NCBI GenBank assembly: GCA_958009085.1
Contig: OY253686.1
Coordinates: 620,001 to 684,000, forward strand
DNA from: Protoeuglena noctilucae
Lineage: Eukaryota
DNA: 64,000 bases
Direction: 5' to 3'
Shown: positions 60,173 to 64,000 of the stretch, piece after piece
Layout: the number at the start of each line of letters is the position of its first letter
How positions within the stretch are numbered: the first letter of the stretch is position 1
The notes under the pieces: model-generated
What the model saw: the letters and a program-made list of their open reading frames with translations, nothing else
Database searches by the model: none
Told to the model about the DNA's origin: nothing
Made by a program: the position numbers and the translations under genes

Positions 60173-63100
60173 ATGGACGTCATCGTCGAGTCTTTGGTCC
60201 GGAGGCGGTGGCCCGGCGTGGAGGACCTGGAGCTCGTCTTGGCAGGTGCGCGTTGCGTCCATGCCCGGCAGATTGGCGCTCCGCAGATTGGCAGCGGCCA
60301 GGAGGCGCGGGGGCGTAACTGGGCCCGGGATCGCACGAAACGTTTTTTAGCATTATCTGCGAGCGCTTGGCGCGTCGCTGGCCGTCGGGGCCACGCGCCG
60401 TGCGTGCCTCCTCTTGCTTTCCAAACGGCCGCCCGTCCACCCGTCCCTCGCGCGCCACACTCTCCCGCAGGTCAACTCGACATCGCCACGGACTTCATCT
60501 ACCTGGAGAACATCCGGGGGGACGTGCGCGTGCCGCGCATGCTCGTCACGGCCGTGCAGTGCCTCGCCATATGGGGCTGCCTGATTGAGGTGGTCCGCAT
60601 GGCGTGGCGGCACCTGGTGGTCAACAGCAAGGCCGTGAATCGCAACTACGGCGGCAACAACGTGCGGGTCGGGAAGCCGAGTCCGCGACTGCTCTTCGCG
60701 TGGTGGGCGGCGCTCCTCCACTCCGCGCCCCAGGTCGCCCTCCTCGCCTACGTGGAGAACAGCCGCAACACGTTCGGCTCCGGCGGGTCCTTCACCATCG
60801 CGGCCTTCCTCAGCCTCGCCATCGCCTGCATCAACCTCTTCCTCGCCCAGTGGTACATGCTCAAGGCCCTCGGTTACCCGTGCCTCCCCACCTGCTGCGT
60901 GGTCCTCGCCAACTACACGGTCGATGACAGCGCGGGGCAAACGCTTCTCCACGACGCCGCGGGGTCCGGGGACCTGCCCCTGGTGAAGCACCTGCTGTAC
61001 CGGTGCAAGGCGCGCATTGACGCCAGGAATCTGCGGGGGCAGACGCCTTTGCACATCGCCGCGGGGTGAGGGAGCGGGGGTCGTGGGCGTGCGACCGTGC
61101 GGTGCCTGTCATGACCCGACGTTCCCGACGCGCCTTGCACCTGCCCCGTCCGCGCAGGGCTCCCGAGGATGTCAAAGGCGCTCTGGCGTGCGTGTCCTTC
61201 CTCATGTCGGCTGGGGCAGACGTGGGGGCGATGGACATGGAGGGCCGCACCCCCCTGGCCGTGGCCGCCGCGTGAGTGGCGCAGGGGGGGCACGCGGGGG
61301 CTCGCCGCGCATGCGAACTGGTGACCACCGTGACACCCTTCCCCTCCACGCCTGCGCAGCCTGGGGACGGAGGCGACGATCAAGTGCCTGGTGACGGATG
61401 GCAAGGCGGAGATCCACACGACGGACAACGCGGGCATGACTCCGCTGCACCTGGCGGTCTGGTGAGCCGCGCGCCCAGCAACGCTCGTCTGACATCAGCG
61501 GAGAGCGCTAGAGCATTGACGAGCTCCCCACCCCTTCGGTTGCAGGCACGGCCACGCGGCCAACACGCGCGTCCTGATCGGCTTCGGCGGCGCGAACGTC
61601 AACGCCGTCGACTACCTGGGGCGCACGGCTCTCCACTGGTGCTTGTGGTGAGCCCAAGCGTAGCGTCGCTGTGAGAGAGTGTCTGTATGGTGCTGCGTCT
61701 CTGCAGCCACCTCTCATCTCTGTCATGTGGTTCTTCAGGACGGACCGGGAGGACCTGGCCAAGACCCTCGTGGGAGCCGGAGCGGACGTCAACTGCGCCG
61801 ACAGCCAGGGCAAGACGCTGCTCCACATCGCGGCCGAGAGGCGAGTGGGGCAGCAGAGGGCGCTTTGCCGCATTCACGGAGCGTATTACGGCCGCAAGCG
61901 CACCCTCTCCCATGGCGATTCGCCCGCGCCCTCGTCCCCGCAGTTCCAGCCCCGCCCTGTCCCACGTCGCGCTGGCCACGGTCCTGGTGGACTCGCTGGG
62001 GGCCGACCCCAACAAGCGGGACCGCCACCGCCGCACCCCGCTGATGCTGGCCATGGGCGCCAAGGCCCGCGACGAGGCGCTCGTGGCGTTTTTGGCGGAC
62101 CGGACGGCGCCGGGCGGGGACGCCAACTCGCGGGCGGGTGCCTTGAGCGCGGCGCCGTCGGCCCCAGGCACCCAGGCGCCGTCCCGGGTGCCGTCCCGGG
62201 CACCGTCGCGCGCGGGGTCGCGGGCGGGGGATGCCGATGGGAAGGCGCCCGCGAAGACGGCGCCGACGGTCGACGCGGGGTCGTCGCGGCGTGTGGCGCC
62301 GGCGGGGTGGCCCTCGCATGCGGCAAGCGAGGACGCGGGTGGGGACTCGGACGGCGGCAGTAGCCGTCACGCGGCGCCCAAGAGCTGCTACAGCTCGCAG
62401 GACCTGAGGGGGAGCCGGGGGGAGGAGGAATCCCCCCCTCGTCCCCCGCGGCCCCGGGCGGCGTCGTCCCTGCGCACGCACCTCCTGCAGGCGCAGATCC
62501 GGGCGTCGGGGCTCGCGGGCGCGGCCGCTCCCGACGGCTCCGAGGCGGCGTCCGTGTCCCGCATCGCCGTGGCGCCCGCGGTGGTGCCCCGCGAGAGCTC
62601 GGCCGCCTCGGTGGCGCAGACGTTTGCGTCGTCGTCGTCGCGGCGGCCGTCGCTGGTCAGCTGCGATGGTGACAGCGGCAGGGGGCTAGGGGCGGACGTC
62701 GCGAGCGGGAGCGGGGCCGAGGGGTCCCCCGGGTCGCGGCCGGGCTCTAGACGTGGGTCGCAGGCCAGCGGGTGGCTGTCGCGCATGCTGAGCCAGCGCC
62801 GCGTGGCGGACGAGGGCATGGCGCTGTCGGAGGCGGAGGGGTCGCCGAGGCCGGGGGGCCTGGCCCTCGCCATGACGAGCTGGGAGTTCAAGGGCGGGCT
62901 GGGCGGTCCAGTATGCGGCGTGGGCGGCGGGAGCGCGGGGAAGGGCGGCAGCAGGAAGGGCAGCTCGGGCGTGGAGGCGGCGGCCGGCACCCGGCGCGGA
63001 GGGGAGAAGGCGGGGAGTTCCGGGCAGGCGACGGACAGGAGCGACGGCGACGGCAGTGGGGAAGTGGATGGGGCCGCGCGTGGCTTGACGGTGCGGAACG

Positions 63101-63801
63101 AGAGCGCCGCGGAGGGCGATCGCCCGGGGGAGGCGGCGCCGCGTGCCCCCGCGGGGTCGGCGTCTGCGCTGACGGCGGCGTTGTTGTCGCGCGAGGTGGC
63201 GCCGATCGGTGCCGCGGAGGGCCTGCGGCCGTGGACGCGCGAGGGGGCCCCGGGGCCGGCCGTCGTCCCCGCGGCTCTCGTGGCGTCGGCCCAGTCCTCG
63301 CAAGCGTCCGGCAACGAGGAGCTGGAGAAGCTCGAGTCGGTGTACGGCAGCGTGGGGGCCTACTCGGGCCTGGGCTCAATGGTGGAGGGGGAGGGCGCGG
63401 GCGACGGCGGCGCGGACGGCCTGTCGTCGCTGCTGGGGTCGGAGTACGAGGGGGCGGAAGAGGGCGCGTGGCCGGGAGGGGCTGCGGAATCGGACGCGTC
63501 GGCTGGGGAGCCGGGCCCGGAGGTGCCGCAGGGTGCGGGGCAGGAGGGGGGCGGGGGCAAGAAGCCGAAGAAGAAGCGGAGCAAGAAGCGGCTGGCGCGC
63601 AAGGCGTCGAAGAAGCAGCCCGCGACGGAGGCGGGGGAGCGGCGGCCGGGGAAGAGCCCCTCTCGGAAGCGGGGCCAGCTGAGCAAGGGGCCCACGCCCA
63701 AGAAGGGGGAGTTGGAGACCGCCGCGGGGCAGCCCCGGGCCCCGGTGAGCAAGCGGCCCACCCCTAGCAAGAGCGACATGGACCGAGCCGCCCGGGGGTG
63801 A
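60173..63801 (+). CDS. Multi-pass membrane protein (XK-related-like segment) plus ~6-7 ankyrin repeats and a long disordered tail
   Basis: Hydrophobic helices with LDIATDFIYL and AALLHSAPQVALLAYV. Ankyrin motifs GQTLLHDAA, GQTPLHIAA, GRTPLAVAA, GMTPLHLAV, GKTLLHIAA and RRTPLMLAM. Polybasic KKPKKKRSKKRLARKASKK lies near the end. Confidence 0.8.
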
Positions 63802-64000
63802 CCGACGATGACGCCGGCGTTGGATGCGTTCCCACGCGGCGACTGACGCGCCGGGAGGTGCGCAGGGCCGCAGCGAAACAAAACTGGCTTAGGAGCCTGG
63901 CTGGAAGGCTCGCCGCTGTCGTCCCGGTAATACCCTTTAGGATGACCCCTAGGCGACCGTGGGCTGCTGGCGTTGTGGGTGCACTTTCCGTGATCCATGC

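Overview
This is eukaryotic nuclear DNA, most likely from a compact, GC-rich green alga (inferred from the plant-type TOM20, CDPK, fibrillin and PTST1-like genes and from N-terminal extensions that look like plastid transit peptides). It uses the standard genetic code: TAA, TAG and TGA all close well-supported genes. About 20 intron-rich protein genes are packed with spacers mostly 140-900 nt. The ORF track is largely exon fragments and antisense shadows, so gene models were rebuilt by hand across splice sites. Order: RINGv E3 (-), coiled-coil+LRR (-), TOM20 (+), primase PRI1 (-), NIPA-like C3HC (+), RPB12 (-, no intact ORF in the track), THIM (-), HUB1/BRE1 (-), CDPK (-), PLAC8 (+), fibrillin (-), coiled-coil orphan (+), Kelch+IQ (-), PTST1-like CBM48 with a very long tail (+), RlmN-like (-), PMS1 (+), papain-family protease (-), KEN/D-box orphan (+), degenerate P-loop protein (-), XK-like+ankyrin (+). 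I saw no rRNA, tRNA, CRISPR or transposon. Top observations: (1) a PTST1-like starch-binding protein spliced in frame to about 640 extra residues (an E/A/K/R helical repeat rod plus a Pro/Ala tail with repeated hydrophobic motifs), a candidate starch-sheath/pyrenoid tether; (2) at least 25 GC-AG introns with an AG|GCGAG donor, 6 of 13 in PMS1 alone; (3) unusual domain fusions (XK-like+ankyrin, Kelch+IQ); (4) tight tandem genes that could be polycistronic. All family assignments come from recognising motifs by eye; no searches were run.
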